Source: Utricularia gibba (Eukaryota; Plantae; Magnoliophyta). From it: a stretch of DNA of 64,000 nucleotides. The notes under the pieces were generated by a model that was not told where the DNA came from, ran no database searches, and saw only the letters and a program-made list of their open reading frames with translations. The translations under genes were made by a program, and so were the position numbers. Below, piece after piece: positions 1 through 11,876 of this stretch. Within the stretch, counting starts at the first letter, position 1; each line of letters starts with the position of its first letter. The stretch is from contig NEEC01000014.1 of assembly GCA_002189035.1 (NCBI GenBank), positions 1,178,001 through 1,242,000 on the forward strand, given 5' to 3'.

Positions 1-905
1 ATAGCATGAGCCAATCCCACCGCACAAAAAGATACTTTCATCCCCATAATTCAAACTAACGCTAAATCCTGATACACAAATGAATGGAACTTATTCCCCA
101 ACAATAAAACTGGAACATTAGATACTTTCAGAAAGAGCCGTAAATACCGTTTTTGCGTTGTCCCGAAACGATGAAGAAAGATGCAGAGGAACGCATGTTG
201 GCGAAGGAACCCTTTTCAACTTGAGTTCCATTGTTTTTTTCTCACTGGGCTGGATCCAAAATCAATTAAAACTAAACTCCGAATACTTCGTGTGAAAACG
301 CCAAGTACAAAAACACAAGGCCACAATTCCCCAAATCATAAAGAACCCGACTTTATCCCTGGGAATTGAGAATAGCCGACAGAAGCTTGCTGCTTTTTAT
401 TACATCCGTCGCGCCTCCAAAATACATAACACAGAGAGCCCAAAGCTCGGTTCTTCCGGACAAGTTTTTCCCCAGAGGTTCAGAAATCAGAACAACAGAA
501 CACAGCGCCTTTCTTTGTGTAGTGTCTTGGGTTTTTGTTCTAATGTACATTAAGTAACAATTTTGACAAACTTGCACTTAGCTTACTGTAACATAACTTT
601 CTGTGTTGGGAATCGCTTATGAATTTGTGTGCTGATAATAAGATTTTATTTCCATGCTGCAACAGTGATGAGTGAGGGCAACTTCTAAAAAGAAAAGCTG
701 TTTAGAATGTGAGCTGATGGGCCAGTTCCAAACAAACCTTAAAACAAAGGCCAGAAACTTCATCATTGGAACCAAACAAAGGGCAGTTACAAGTAGGCAT
801 TTTGATACAGGATTCAAATAAGACGTACTTGTATGAATCCAACTCCAAGAAGCACAGAAGAGTTCGGTGCTATAAATAAAATACTAGTTACTGAACGCAA
901 GCAGA

Positions 906-2680
906 TTAGACCTGAGCAGTGCCTTCAGTGAATTTAGGATCGTCACATCTGTACTTGCCATCGGGTCCTATGCCAAATCCTCTGGGATCAGCAAAGACGT
1001 TCTCCAGCAGCTGGCTACGATGTGGAACCGGGCTTCCATCTGCGAATTCAACTGCATCTTCCACAATGTCATCGATCTTCTTTGAAATCGACTTCAACTC
1101 TGCTTCACTAGCAAGGTTGCTTTCGATTAGATACTTCTTCAACGCCGTGATGGGGTCTCTCTTGGCATAGTGAGCCTTTTCAGCTGCAATAGTAAGTAAA
1201 TCAACACCGATGTAAGATGATATAATCCAAGGGTTTCTTCAGGAGATGATGATATTCAGTCTCAGTGATGAATATGCACATAACAGGGAATATCTACTAT
1301 ACTTCATGAATGAACCAAGAAAAGTGGAAACTCTATCGGGGACTCAATCTGTATATGCAATGAGGACTGAGAAATAGAAAATCGCACCAGGGTCACGAAG
1401 CTCATCAGGATCAGCCAAAGAGTGCCCTCTGAATCTATAGGTTTCACATTCTACCAGAGTTGGTCCTTCACCCCTTCTGGCCCTGGCGATCGCCTCCTTC
1501 GCAACTTCTCTCACCTTTAATACATCCATACCGTCTACATGAACACCAGGCATCCCAAAGGCCGGACCTTTCTTCCAAATTTCAGGATCCGAGGTGGCCC
1601 TCAAATGGGACATTCCAATGGCCCATAGATTGTTCTCAACAACAAAAATGATAGGAAGTTTCCACAATGCAGCCATGTTCAAACACTCAAAGAACTGGCC
1701 ATTGTTGCAAGTTCCATCTCCAAAAAATGCAACTGTTACATCCTCACAATCCTCCTTCAAAACTTCTCTTCTATATTTGCTCGTGAAGGCAGCACCCGTA
1801 GCAACAGGGATGCCTTCACCAATGAAAGCAAAACCCCCCAGAACGTTATGCTCCTTGGAAAACATGTGCATCGACCCACCCTGGCCTCGGCAACAGCCAG
1901 TCGTTTTGCCAAAAAGCTCACTCATAACCTGGCGTGCAGCAACTCCTTTGCTCAATGCATGAACATGGTCACGGTATGTACTAACCACAGAATCTGTATT
2001 AGTCAAAAGCTTGATGAAGCCGGTAGATACAGCTTCTTGACCATTATACAAATGGACAAATCCAAACATTTTCCCACGGTAATACATCTCAGCACACTTA
2101 TCCTCGAACGCTCTTCCCAAAACCATGTCTTCATACACTTCCAACCCCTCTTCCTTTGTAATTAACTGCATGCAAATGCATTTTACTTACCCCACAAAAT
2201 ATAAAAACTTCATCTAAAAAGTATCACACCTTCAAAAATGATAACTGCGGCATCTGAATCATGCCAACCCGGAGAATTAGAAATAAACCTCCTCAAAAAA
2301 AAAAAAAAAAAGGCAAACAATTCCAAATTTTCTTGGAAAATGATAAAAAGCAGCCTCTCAACAACAACAATAAGAATCAGGACAAAATCGCCTCCAACAG
2401 CTGAAAGGAATAGAAATGCAACAAGTACCAAATTGGAAGTCAAAGGATCGGCAGTGGGCTTCTTCTTCTTCTGGATAACATCCGATGACACGGCAGAAAC
2501 AGGGACGGATCGGCGCCTGCAGAGTGCAGCTGCCTTATTACCGAGGGCATGCGTCTTGTAGAAGGACTTAGACCCCAAGAGAGAACATGGGCTCAATGTC
2601 CCGGAGCAAGAATCCGACTTCTCCCCCGTTCTCGGGGAGCTGATCAACAAAGGAATGACGCTGATTTTGGTGGTTGCCAT
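906..2680 (-). CDS. PDH-E1a: Plastid pyruvate dehydrogenase E1 alpha subunit; 3 exons (2429-2680, 1388-2165, 906-1183), 435 aa
   Basis: The spliced model is in frame with GT-AG introns. It contains [16 protein letters not shown], the TPP-binding [17 protein letters not shown]...NN and [15 protein letters not shown]. The N-terminus ([10 protein letters not shown]...) is Ser/Arg-rich like a transit peptide. Confidence 0.96.
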
Positions 2681-3039
2681 TCTCTCCAGGGATCGAACAC
2701 CCAAATGCGAGTGGGCGATTCAGAGGTTTCCGCGGAACGTCGTGAAATCCGATGACGACGAAGAAGAAGATATGGGAGAATAATGTGACGGAGAAAGTAG
2801 CGGCGGAGTCTACTAGGAAGATGGGAGAGAAAGAACTCACCGCCCTCTGAACAGCTAGCAGCCGCTTCTAATTTCCTTCATCCACTGAACACACATCACC
2901 GAATCCCCAAACCGGCCACGTAGGATGCCGGTTTTCTAAATCCCCTGCCAAACCGGGTACAGTACGGAATGCATGAAAACCTTCTATTTTTTTAAAAAAA
3001 ATTATTATTTAGAAATAATAAAAATTCAAGCCTCACTCT

Positions 3040-3100
3040 GGGCTTCAACACGCCTCGCACACAGGCCTGGCCCAGCCCGCTCCACATAGGCCCATGGGCT
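3040..3100. promoter_or_regulatory. Cluster of site II (TGGGCY) elements upstream of PDH-E1a
   Basis: TGGGCT at ~3040, GGCCCA at 3069 and 3089, TGGGCT at 3095, about 360-420 bp upstream of the ATG. Confidence 0.55.
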
Positions 3101-3931
3101 ATTTCGCAATTTCCCAGATTCCTGTGGTCGAAAAAGAAATTTGAGGACAAAAACGTAAATATCGCCTTGAGGATGATCGTACACAAGAAGACAAACCAAA
3201 TGTCACTTCATGATTAAATGCGACACATCACATATTTTGGAATAAATTAATTCCTGAAATTTAGAAGACGGCAACTGAAAACGACAACTGATGCGTGTGC
3301 TAAAATAAATGCAATTATTTATTTATCTACTTTTTTAGAACAGGGGGCCTTTTCATTAAATACTATCACTAACATGCGCCTGATCTTGAATAAAGTGACA
3401 GGTGAACAAGAACATCAAGCATTGGGGGAATGAACATGACCATGTTCTTTTTTTTATCTTCAGAAACAAAAAAAACTAAAAAATTCCAATAAATTATCTG
3501 TAACACATATTAATTAAGGTCATGTTGCGGTTAGTAATGGGATCAAATTTAAAATTAAAAAAATGATATTAACTTATATATATACACTTTGCCTAATAAA
3601 AAATGCAATAACAAACCCATGGTGGAGTGGTAGTTGCCACGTCATGTGAAGGTGACGTTACTTATGCCTTGTCTCACATTATCCGTATGTCACATCAACA
3701 TGCCGCATGGCATGCCCGATTTTCGTACCACATGGTTGTTGGTCGACATCCATGAATTCACCGCGGTAAAAACAGATTTTTTACTGTAAAGACCAACCCA
3801 GCCCATGAATTGTACGGCGCCGTGCAACTAGAGGGGGGTAATTTAATGAATATTGTTTTTTTAATTGAATAAGACCTAAGAAAAAAATCAATATTGTAAC
3901 TGACTGCACCTATGAGCATTTCCTGGATCGC

Positions 3932-6900
3932 TTACTCCAGATGATAAACTGTGGAGGAAGAGGACAAATTAGTGAATGAAGAATTAGGGGGCCCTTGGAA
4001 CATGAACGTCGCCGGATTCGATGCCGCGGACGACGAGGAGTTCTGGGCAACTGTCGACGACGGTTTACTTTCGGATCCGGCCGGTGGATCGTGCTTGATT
4101 TCTTTCAGTAGTGCTACTACGTCTTTCATCGTCGGCCGATCTTCCGGACGGTTGCTGGTGCACAGAAGCGCGATTCCTAGGGCTTGCAGCATTTCCTGGA
4201 TTTGCGAATCTGGATTCCCTTGGAGTGTTTGATCGATCACTTCCACTGGATTTTTCTTGATTTTCAGATGATCGCGGATCCATTGGATAATGTGCTGCCC
4301 GTCGGGGAACGATTTGTCGATAGGTTCTTTTCCAGTGATTATCTCCATTAAAACAACGCCGTAGCTGTAGACATCGCTTTTCTCGCTTATCCTCGCCATC
4401 GAAGAATACTCTGGAGAACCAGCATTTTTAAGCAAACTTTTGAAAAAACATCTGCTGCGTATTGTTTGAGAAGAAGACGAACCTGGAGCGAAGTACCCAT
4501 ACGAGCCAGCGAATTGAGGGGACGCTAGATACGACGGCGCGGTGGCGGTTGCGTTTTCGATGAATCTGGCGAGTCCGAAATCTGCTAAGCAAGGATCGTA
4601 GCATTCTCCCAAGAGAATGTTGTGCGATTTCACATCGCGGTGGAGAATAGGAGGAACGCAATCATGATGCAGGTAAGCTAATCCCTCTGCAACTCCCAAT
4701 GCGATCTTTAACCGCATTTCCCAGATCACTCGTTCCCTTTTCTCGTGCAGCAATGTACCCAGCGTGCCATTGGGCATGTATTCGTAGAGTAAGAGCTTGG
4801 TCTTGCTGTTGGATGCCCATCCTAGTAGCTTGACGATGTTCCGGTGACGAATGCGGCCCAATGTTGCGATTTCGGATGAAAATGTCGCGATCGATGACTT
4901 GTCCGATGATCGGAATCTCTTCACCGCAATGGTGGAGGGCGAGACTGAACCCGGAGTTGATGTGATCGATACTCTGTAGACAATGCCGGACCGGCCGTGT
5001 CCGATTTCATTGGCACTCGTTAGGCAGTTGACTATCTCGGCGATGGACAGCTCCAGCTTTTGGTAGACTGTTTTCTCCCATGGTGGCCGTAGCTCTGCAT
5101 CTTCATCGATGCTTTGATCGGCGTTTCGAGCTTGATTAGCACGCGACTTTCCTCCGATGACGATGCATATGGCCGTCACCAGTAGCACCACAGCAGTGCA
5201 GAGCAGCACAACCATCGCCACTAGTGCAGATTTCCGGTGTACGGCAGCGGTGGAGTTGCTAGGCAAGCATTCCTTGCTGGAGAGACAAAGCAAGGGGTTG
5301 CCTCGGAGGACACTGTGAGGCAACTTCGCGAAGAACGGTGTATCGGGGAGGTTGCCCGAAAAGTTGTTATCGGAGACATTGAGTACCACAAGATTCGAAA
5401 GCTCCGCGAGGTAATGAAGGTCGCCGGAGAGACTATTGTGAGAAATATCAAGCACTCCGAGTTTGTCCAATGCCTTGAACTCCTCCGGGATCCCACCGGA
5501 AAGATTGTTCCAACTCAAATTCAGTGCGATTTCCAGCTCCGGGATTTTGCCGATGCTCGCCGGAATCGCACCAGTTAACAAATTGCTGCTTAAGTCAAGC
5601 AACTGAAGCCGGGAAAGTGATCCCAGCTCGTCGGGAATGATGCCGGAAAATCTATTTTGTGCGAGAATCAGTTTCGTCAGGGAAGTCAGTGAACCAAGAC
5701 TTGAATCCAATGCAGATTCAATCAAATTGTCAGAAACATCAAGGAACTCGAGAGTGGAAAGCCGATACAAATCTCCAGGTAGATTCCCTGAAAATTGATT
5801 TGAATGCAGATCGAGAAAAGTTAGATTGCCACATACGGAAATCTCTGATGGGATAGTCCCAGAAAGCAGATTCCACCCAAGATCCAAGAAATTAAGATTC
5901 TTCAGTTTCCCCAGAGTCGCGGGCAAGTTTCCGGTGAGCATATTTTCGCTCGCTCTGAACCGAACAAGCGAACTACAGTTTCCGATGTTCGCGGGAATAT
6001 CGCCGGATAGGTTATTAGCCAACACCAAAAGCTTGCTCAGAGTACTCAGTTCGAAAATCCCACTCGGGATTGTACCTCTAAGCGAGTTCTGGGAAATGTC
6101 AACTGCTTGAAGCTTATAGCAGTTAGATAACGCCGCCGGAATCTCTCCCTCGAGGTGATTTTGCCATAGAAACAACAGAGTTAGGTTTGATAGTTTCCCG
6201 ATCTCTGGCGGAATTCCACCGCCGATTTGGTTGTTATCGAGCTCGATTTGAGTAAGTGATGTACAGTTACCCAGCTGAGGAGGAATCTTCCCTGAAATCT
6301 GGTTGATGCTCAGCTGCAGCTCCTGTAACTGCGTCAAGTTTCCGATACTCTCCGGTATAGCTCCGGACAATGAATTCATGGAAACATCGATCACAAGTAA
6401 CTGATAACAGTTACCAAGTTCAGGAGGAATGTTCCCCACCAGATTATTCTTCCATAGAAGGAGATTCAGTAAGTTTTGAAGGTTTCCGAGACTGGAAGGA
6501 ATGGGTCCATTCAGTGAGTTCTCATAGAGATAAATGTTCTGCAGGGAGGAACAATCCCCAATCTCTGGCGGAATTTGGCCGGAAAGAAGAGATGTATAAA
6601 CAGCAAGAGTTTCCAGCTTCTTCAACCGACTGATTGACGGCGGAAGAAAGCCGGAAATAGTCGTCTCCGCCAGCCCGATGAACACCAAATTCGTGCAGTT
6701 TCCGATTTCAGGGGGATAACTCCTTGAAGCTTCTTGTTCCCACCAGCTCTAAGAACCTCAAGGCTTCCCAGGCTCCCAATACTCGCCGGAATCTCGCCGC
6801 TGAGATCGTTGTCATAGAGCAGAAGCTCCACAAGTTGGGTCATGTTCCCTATCTCCGGAGGAATCAGCCCCTGCAACCTGTTTGTCTGCAAGTAAAGCTT

Positions 6901-7329
6901 CTCCAGCCTCTGCAACAAGCAAATCCCACGGGGGATCCGACCTGAGAATTCGTTGTTGCTCAAATCCAACACCTTGAGCTGTTGCAGTTCTCGGATTTGC
7001 TTCGGAATGGTACCCGAGAGATTCGTCCCCGATAAAACGAGGACGTTCAAACTGCGCAGAGAAGTGAAGTTGAGGTACACATTTCCAAGGAGAGCAATGA
7101 AGTTCACATTGAGCTCCACTACTTCGTTCTCCAAGTTGCACGAAACACCGAACCAGGCGCAGGGGGTGTCGTCCGCAATATCCCAGTTGCTTAAAGCTTC
7201 CAAGGATCCATTCAAAGTTTTCTTCCATGACAACAGTGTTTCTCCCTGTGAATTGATCCCAAAAACGCAAGGAGAAACCAGGAAGGAGAAGAAGAAGAAG
7301 AATAGTAAGCATGAAGAATAAACAGGCAT
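3932..7329 (-). CDS. LRR-RLK subfamily XI, RGI/RGF-receptor-like; 1-nt frameshift at 6711-6715 in this sequence; 72-nt intron at 4411-4482
   Basis: Signal peptide, more than 20 LRRs, RxGG (LRAGGN) and RxR (RFRAS) peptide-binding motifs, a TM helix, PPWEKTVYQKL juxtamembrane and an intact kinase (HRDVKSHN, DFGLA, GSYGYFAP|EY). ORFs 6622-7329 and 3932-6688 join if one C is added to ATCCCCCTGAA, restoring GVIPPEIGNCTNLVFIGLAET. Confidence 0.92.
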
Positions 7330-7399
7330 CAGAAACTTCTAACTAGGATGACAAGACACTATCTCCAACCAAGCACCGAGATTTGATCCCTGGAGAAGG

Positions 7400-9260
7400 A
7401 AAAGGAAACATGTCTGGTGAGGAAATGGATCATTTTGCAGATATAATATCTCAAAAGTGGTAAAAATGTCTACGGGTCCAGAACTCAAGAACCAGCTCAC
7501 CCTCCCTGTTTATCTGCAGACAAATGGAAAGGTACAAGTTCATTTTTTTTTCCTTTTCTTTCCGTTTGTACTCACATGCATCGATCAAATGGTATCGCTA
7601 GCTGTTTCAATGGGCATTATTTAATTTCAACTAGGGGCAGGATCTCTTTGTTTAATTCTGAAAACGAAAGCTGAAAGGGAACTGGAATGGAGATAGCAGA
7701 AAGAACCAACAGGTGACTATCATCCTGTTTTTCACTGTTTTGTTTTATTATGTTTTACATTAAGTACACCTTCCCACTCTGCACATTAATGAAACTTCAC
7801 CAGTTTTCAATCCCTTCACAGACCTAAAAAAAAGGAAAAACATTTTCAAATGACCTTCTAAAGCGAAGAATGAAATGATTATGGAGTGTACCATGACAAA
7901 AAGAGCAGCAGCACTTTCAGTTTAGAAAAGAGAAAAGAAACCCAACAGTAGCCAGTAGGTTATCTACCTCTTTCGAGCTTTCTGTGGCATTTTTCTAACC
8001 CAACAGCTGAACGAGATCAGCCTCAAGATCTGGTAAGCAAAGGGGTCGTGGTCGATTTTGGATGGGTTACTAGTCAAAATCAAGGGAATTGTTATTGGAG
8101 TCCCACCACATGAATGAGGTTTGAGTTTTTGGACTAACATGTGTGTATGTATTAGTGTACAGTCTCCAATACTTCTTATGTATACCACTGCTGATAGATT
8201 AGGTGCTGCTCTTCGAACAGCAATATGGTCACATAGCTAAAGCTATGCTTTCTTAGACCGGACCTGATCAAGTCCAGAACCGGGTACAGTATGGCTTTTT
8301 ATCTCTCATACCCGAAATCTTCTTGTAACGGAGTGATTGGGTATCTGGTTAGTAGATCTACAGTTTTCAAAGCATAGTGGTGCTCAGCCCAATTCCACTT
8401 TATAATTAAATGTGTGGACCTAAGTCTATGTCATACCATAGAATGATGGAATTGGGGCTGGGTTTAGGTATCTGGTAGGATCAGACACCTAGGGACACCA
8501 CATGTGATGGAACCACTGTACAACTGTGTCCAGAGGATCAATTTGAGATGCATGTGAACCCCCCGGCAAAGAAAATGATGCCGAAGAAGCCCCTATAGAG
8601 AATACAACAGCTTCATGTGAGACTCCCATCCAAAGTATACACTGGGTGTACGAGCCCTCACAAAGAGGTGAAAACAGTTTCTACTTATGAACCTAGGCAA
8701 CCATAGGTGTCTTGTCCGGTTTGGGTTTAAGATAAGGATGGATGTTCATCATGATGCACCAGTGTTGTTTCTGAGCTGCATTCCTTAAAGCGTTGAATGA
8801 GGTGTTGGTGTGACAGAGAGAAAAGCAAACAAGAGTAGGAGATGCCAAGTGTTTGTTTCTTTGGGATTTGCACATCTTAGACATGTACAGCAGACAGCAC
8901 AAGACATTGGGGTGAGTTTTATTGGAGGTTCAAGTGCATGTGTCCGCTGAAAGAGTATTGCAATTAGGGAGAGAGAGCAGGAGGGGATCAGAGCACATGT
9001 GACCACATGGTGGATTGCAATTAGGAAATTCCCTTTGGATTTAGGGAGTTTGTGTACTTGGGGTGTCCTGTGCAATCCTTCAACGCACTTACTAGCTGTC
9101 AGCCAGCCACTGTTAGTATTGAATGCCCGTACTGCATATATACAGTGAATCTTACCCTTGTTTCAGAACCGACTCAGGCGACCTCTGAAACAGAAGGCCC
9201 GCAACCGCCCACTGCTCAGCCTGAAATGGTCTTTATTTCCTTTCTTTTGTTTATTTAGAA
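7400..9260 (+). other. Unassigned, apparently spliced locus between the RLK and LYM2
   Basis: Candidate micro-exons with canonical flanks at 8007-8032, 8881-8911, 9045-9111 and from 9167. I could not assemble a long ORF. Confidence 0.25.
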
Positions 9261-9530
9261 TGAGAATTAAATGATTCTTTCATGGATGTGATTAGAATGA
9301 TGATGTTTTTGATTGTGGAATGTTCATTGATGTCAGAATCTTGTTAAACTTTATAATAATGATCTTTTCTAATTCTAGGGAAATCAGATTTAGAACGTGG
9401 ACCGGATGCAGTGAATTCGAGGAAGGCCCGGCCCCCGTCCTATCTTCTAGGGACGAATGGAACTGGACGATGTATGTAAAGGCCTGAATTGAATCCTGCA
9501 ATGACAACGGAATTGGCGGGATTCCAGATC

Positions 9531-10960
9531 TCACAACCGCAAAAACAGTGAGGCGGGAAGCAGCAGCAGCAGGTGGAGAAAGACCATGTTGCTACTAAGT
9601 AACCTCACTGCAGAACCTGGAGATGGACAGTCAGTTAGTTTGATGCCACCCATTATCAGTATGTGTTGAAAGCAAGGGAATGGGGGATGGCACTCACTAC
9701 GGCAAGTTGACTGCACATCCAGCGTCGTCTGGATGGTTCCGTTGAATCCGGCGTAGGCGCAGGTCGAGGCATTGCATCCTGAGACCGTGGTGTTCCCCAG
9801 AGCCAGGTTTCCTTCGCATTGGCTTGCAGGGCATGTGCCTATCCCGGATGACATACATTGGAGCCTGAAATGAGTTCACAGGGGAGGAGCATAAGCACTG
9901 GAAAAACGGAGTATTGCAGCAGGAGGGAGTTTTATCATCGCCCCCGACTTACGTCCAGCTTGTTGCAGGATCACATCTGCACATGACACAGTTTCTGGCC
10001 GTGAACACATATGTGCCATTAGAGACGAGTAAAGGGTAGTCATCGGATCCGGGCCTTACACTTGAATCGCATGCTGTGAGTGAAGATCAGATTAGAGCAC
10101 ACCTCAAACAGAAAAAACTACAAGAGACTACAGCATAGCTGCAGTGTAGCTGAGAAACTTAAAGCAGCTGAGCACTTGGGGCTCTGAGGCCTCTGATACC
10201 TCGAGGTATGGAATTCCAATCTCTACTGATAATTTGTGTGATGACGCTGTGCAGTGTAGCGGAAAAAGGGGAGCCATGGATGATCAAAGAAAGAGCCAGA
10301 CATACCTCTAAGAGGGACATCGAGGACTGCCCCTGCCATCAGGCTCTGAGCGCTAGTCATGTTATTGAGACTCAGCAGTGTGGACTGGGAAGTATTGAAC
10401 TGTTGGGCGATCCCGTCCAAAGTGTTCCCCGCCCGGACCACATGCCCGTAGTGCACCACTCTCTGTCCTTGAACCTCGTCGCAGCTGCACGGCAGCGGTA
10501 TCCACAGCCTCTGCCCAACATCGATCAAGTTGGGATTGGAAATGTTATTCGCGGCCTGGATTTGTGGGAAAGTCACGAGCCCAGCAAACACCTCCGCCGC
10601 GATGTGATACAGCCCGTCGTCGGGGACGACGGTGTAGATCGGGGTCCTGTCGGAAACCCCATACCCGCCACTACATCTACAAGGAAACCGAATCCTGACG
10701 GTATCACCGGCGGCGATGGGGTAATCGCTGCGAGTGGAGAGGGGGAGGTTGTTGGCGCCGAGTATCGACCGGAGGTTTCTGACCGAGAAAAGGGTTCTTA
10801 TCGAACGAAGCGTCGTAGCGTTGGGAGAAACGTAGTCGATCAGAGAAAAGCAAGTCGCGCCGGCGGAGGCGCACTGAAACGAAGACCCTCCTTGCCCGGA
10901 AACCTGAGAGAAACAAAAACAAGCCAGAGCTAAGCCGCAGAGGAGCTTGACCGCGGCCAT
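9531..10960 (-). CDS. LYM2: LysM-domain GPI-anchored chitin-binding protein, LYM2/CEBiP-like; 4 exons (10306-10960, 9953-10073, 9698-9864, 9531-9616)
   Basis: Signal peptide MAAVKLLCGLALACF, LysM repeats separated by CxC (PCRC, PCSC), YTVVPDDGLYHIAAEVFAGLV, a Cys-rich region in exons 2-3 and a hydrophobic C-terminal GPI-type signal. Confidence 0.9.
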
Positions 10961-11876
10961 GGATAGGGGAAAGAGGGTATCCTCGTACGGGCCAAAGAGG
11001 CAGGAGAATGGGGAGAGAAATAGAGAGAGGAGTATCTCGGACACTGTAGCGACACCGCCTGGACACGGCACAGGGGCGTTGAACGGGTGAGAAGGAGAGA
11101 AAAACTTGCGTCGGTCTTCCTCGTTTCGCCTCTTCTTTCCACACGCGCACGAACCATTTTCCTCCTGTACACACCACATTCGTTTTCATTCAATTCATTT
11201 CACACATTATCCCAGCATTGCCGTTGACTCAATTCTATACTTAAAACAGTTTCTAAAAAATCACTTCACAATCATTTTTATTACCAAATACAATTGTTTT
11301 TTACTTTATCAAATTATTTATCTAAAAGTACTTTTTAAGAAGTTTTACCAAAAATAGCCTAACATATGTTTATATACACCAATTTGGCAATGTTTTCTAG
11401 TATTTTTATTTATAATGCTTGAATTGAATGGATAAAAGTGAATTATAGTTTGTTTGATAAAAAATATTAATATATTTAAGTATATTATAATTATAATTAT
11501 ATATATATATATATATTCAATTGAACATAAATATTATACATATAATTAGTTATACTTCATTTATATATATAACGCACATATTCAAAAATAAGTATTTAAA
11601 TGATATATACATATAAAATTAATACATATAGAATAATTAATTAAATAACGATATATATGTTAACTTAGAATATAAAATCTATATACTCTCTCATGGAACA
11701 TCCCTTAAGATCACATTTGGGACAATTTGACTGTGGTAAAAACCTTCATTACACAACATGGGTTTTGTAACCTCCGGGTAGAAGGGTCGATCAAGACTCC
11801 TCAACCGTTATTATTCTCACTTGAAACAACACGAGAGATGGATGCATCACGCAGCAAACAACAAGACTTGATGAGT

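Noticed and set aside
1-580. Short ORFs and a possible 5'UTR/intron of a minus-strand gene running off the left edge
   Set aside because: No recognisable coding sequence falls inside the window, so no call can be supported.
6622-7329. Separate short secreted LRR protein gene upstream of the kinase gene
   Set aside because: The LRR register continues seamlessly across a single-base frameshift, so this is one gene.
10208-10933. 241-aa plus-strand ORF overlapping LYM2, and similar antisense ORFs over the RLK, NPF, ERULUS and TCP genes
   Set aside because: These are shadow ORFs antisense to, or out of frame within, GC-rich coding sequence, with no motif support.
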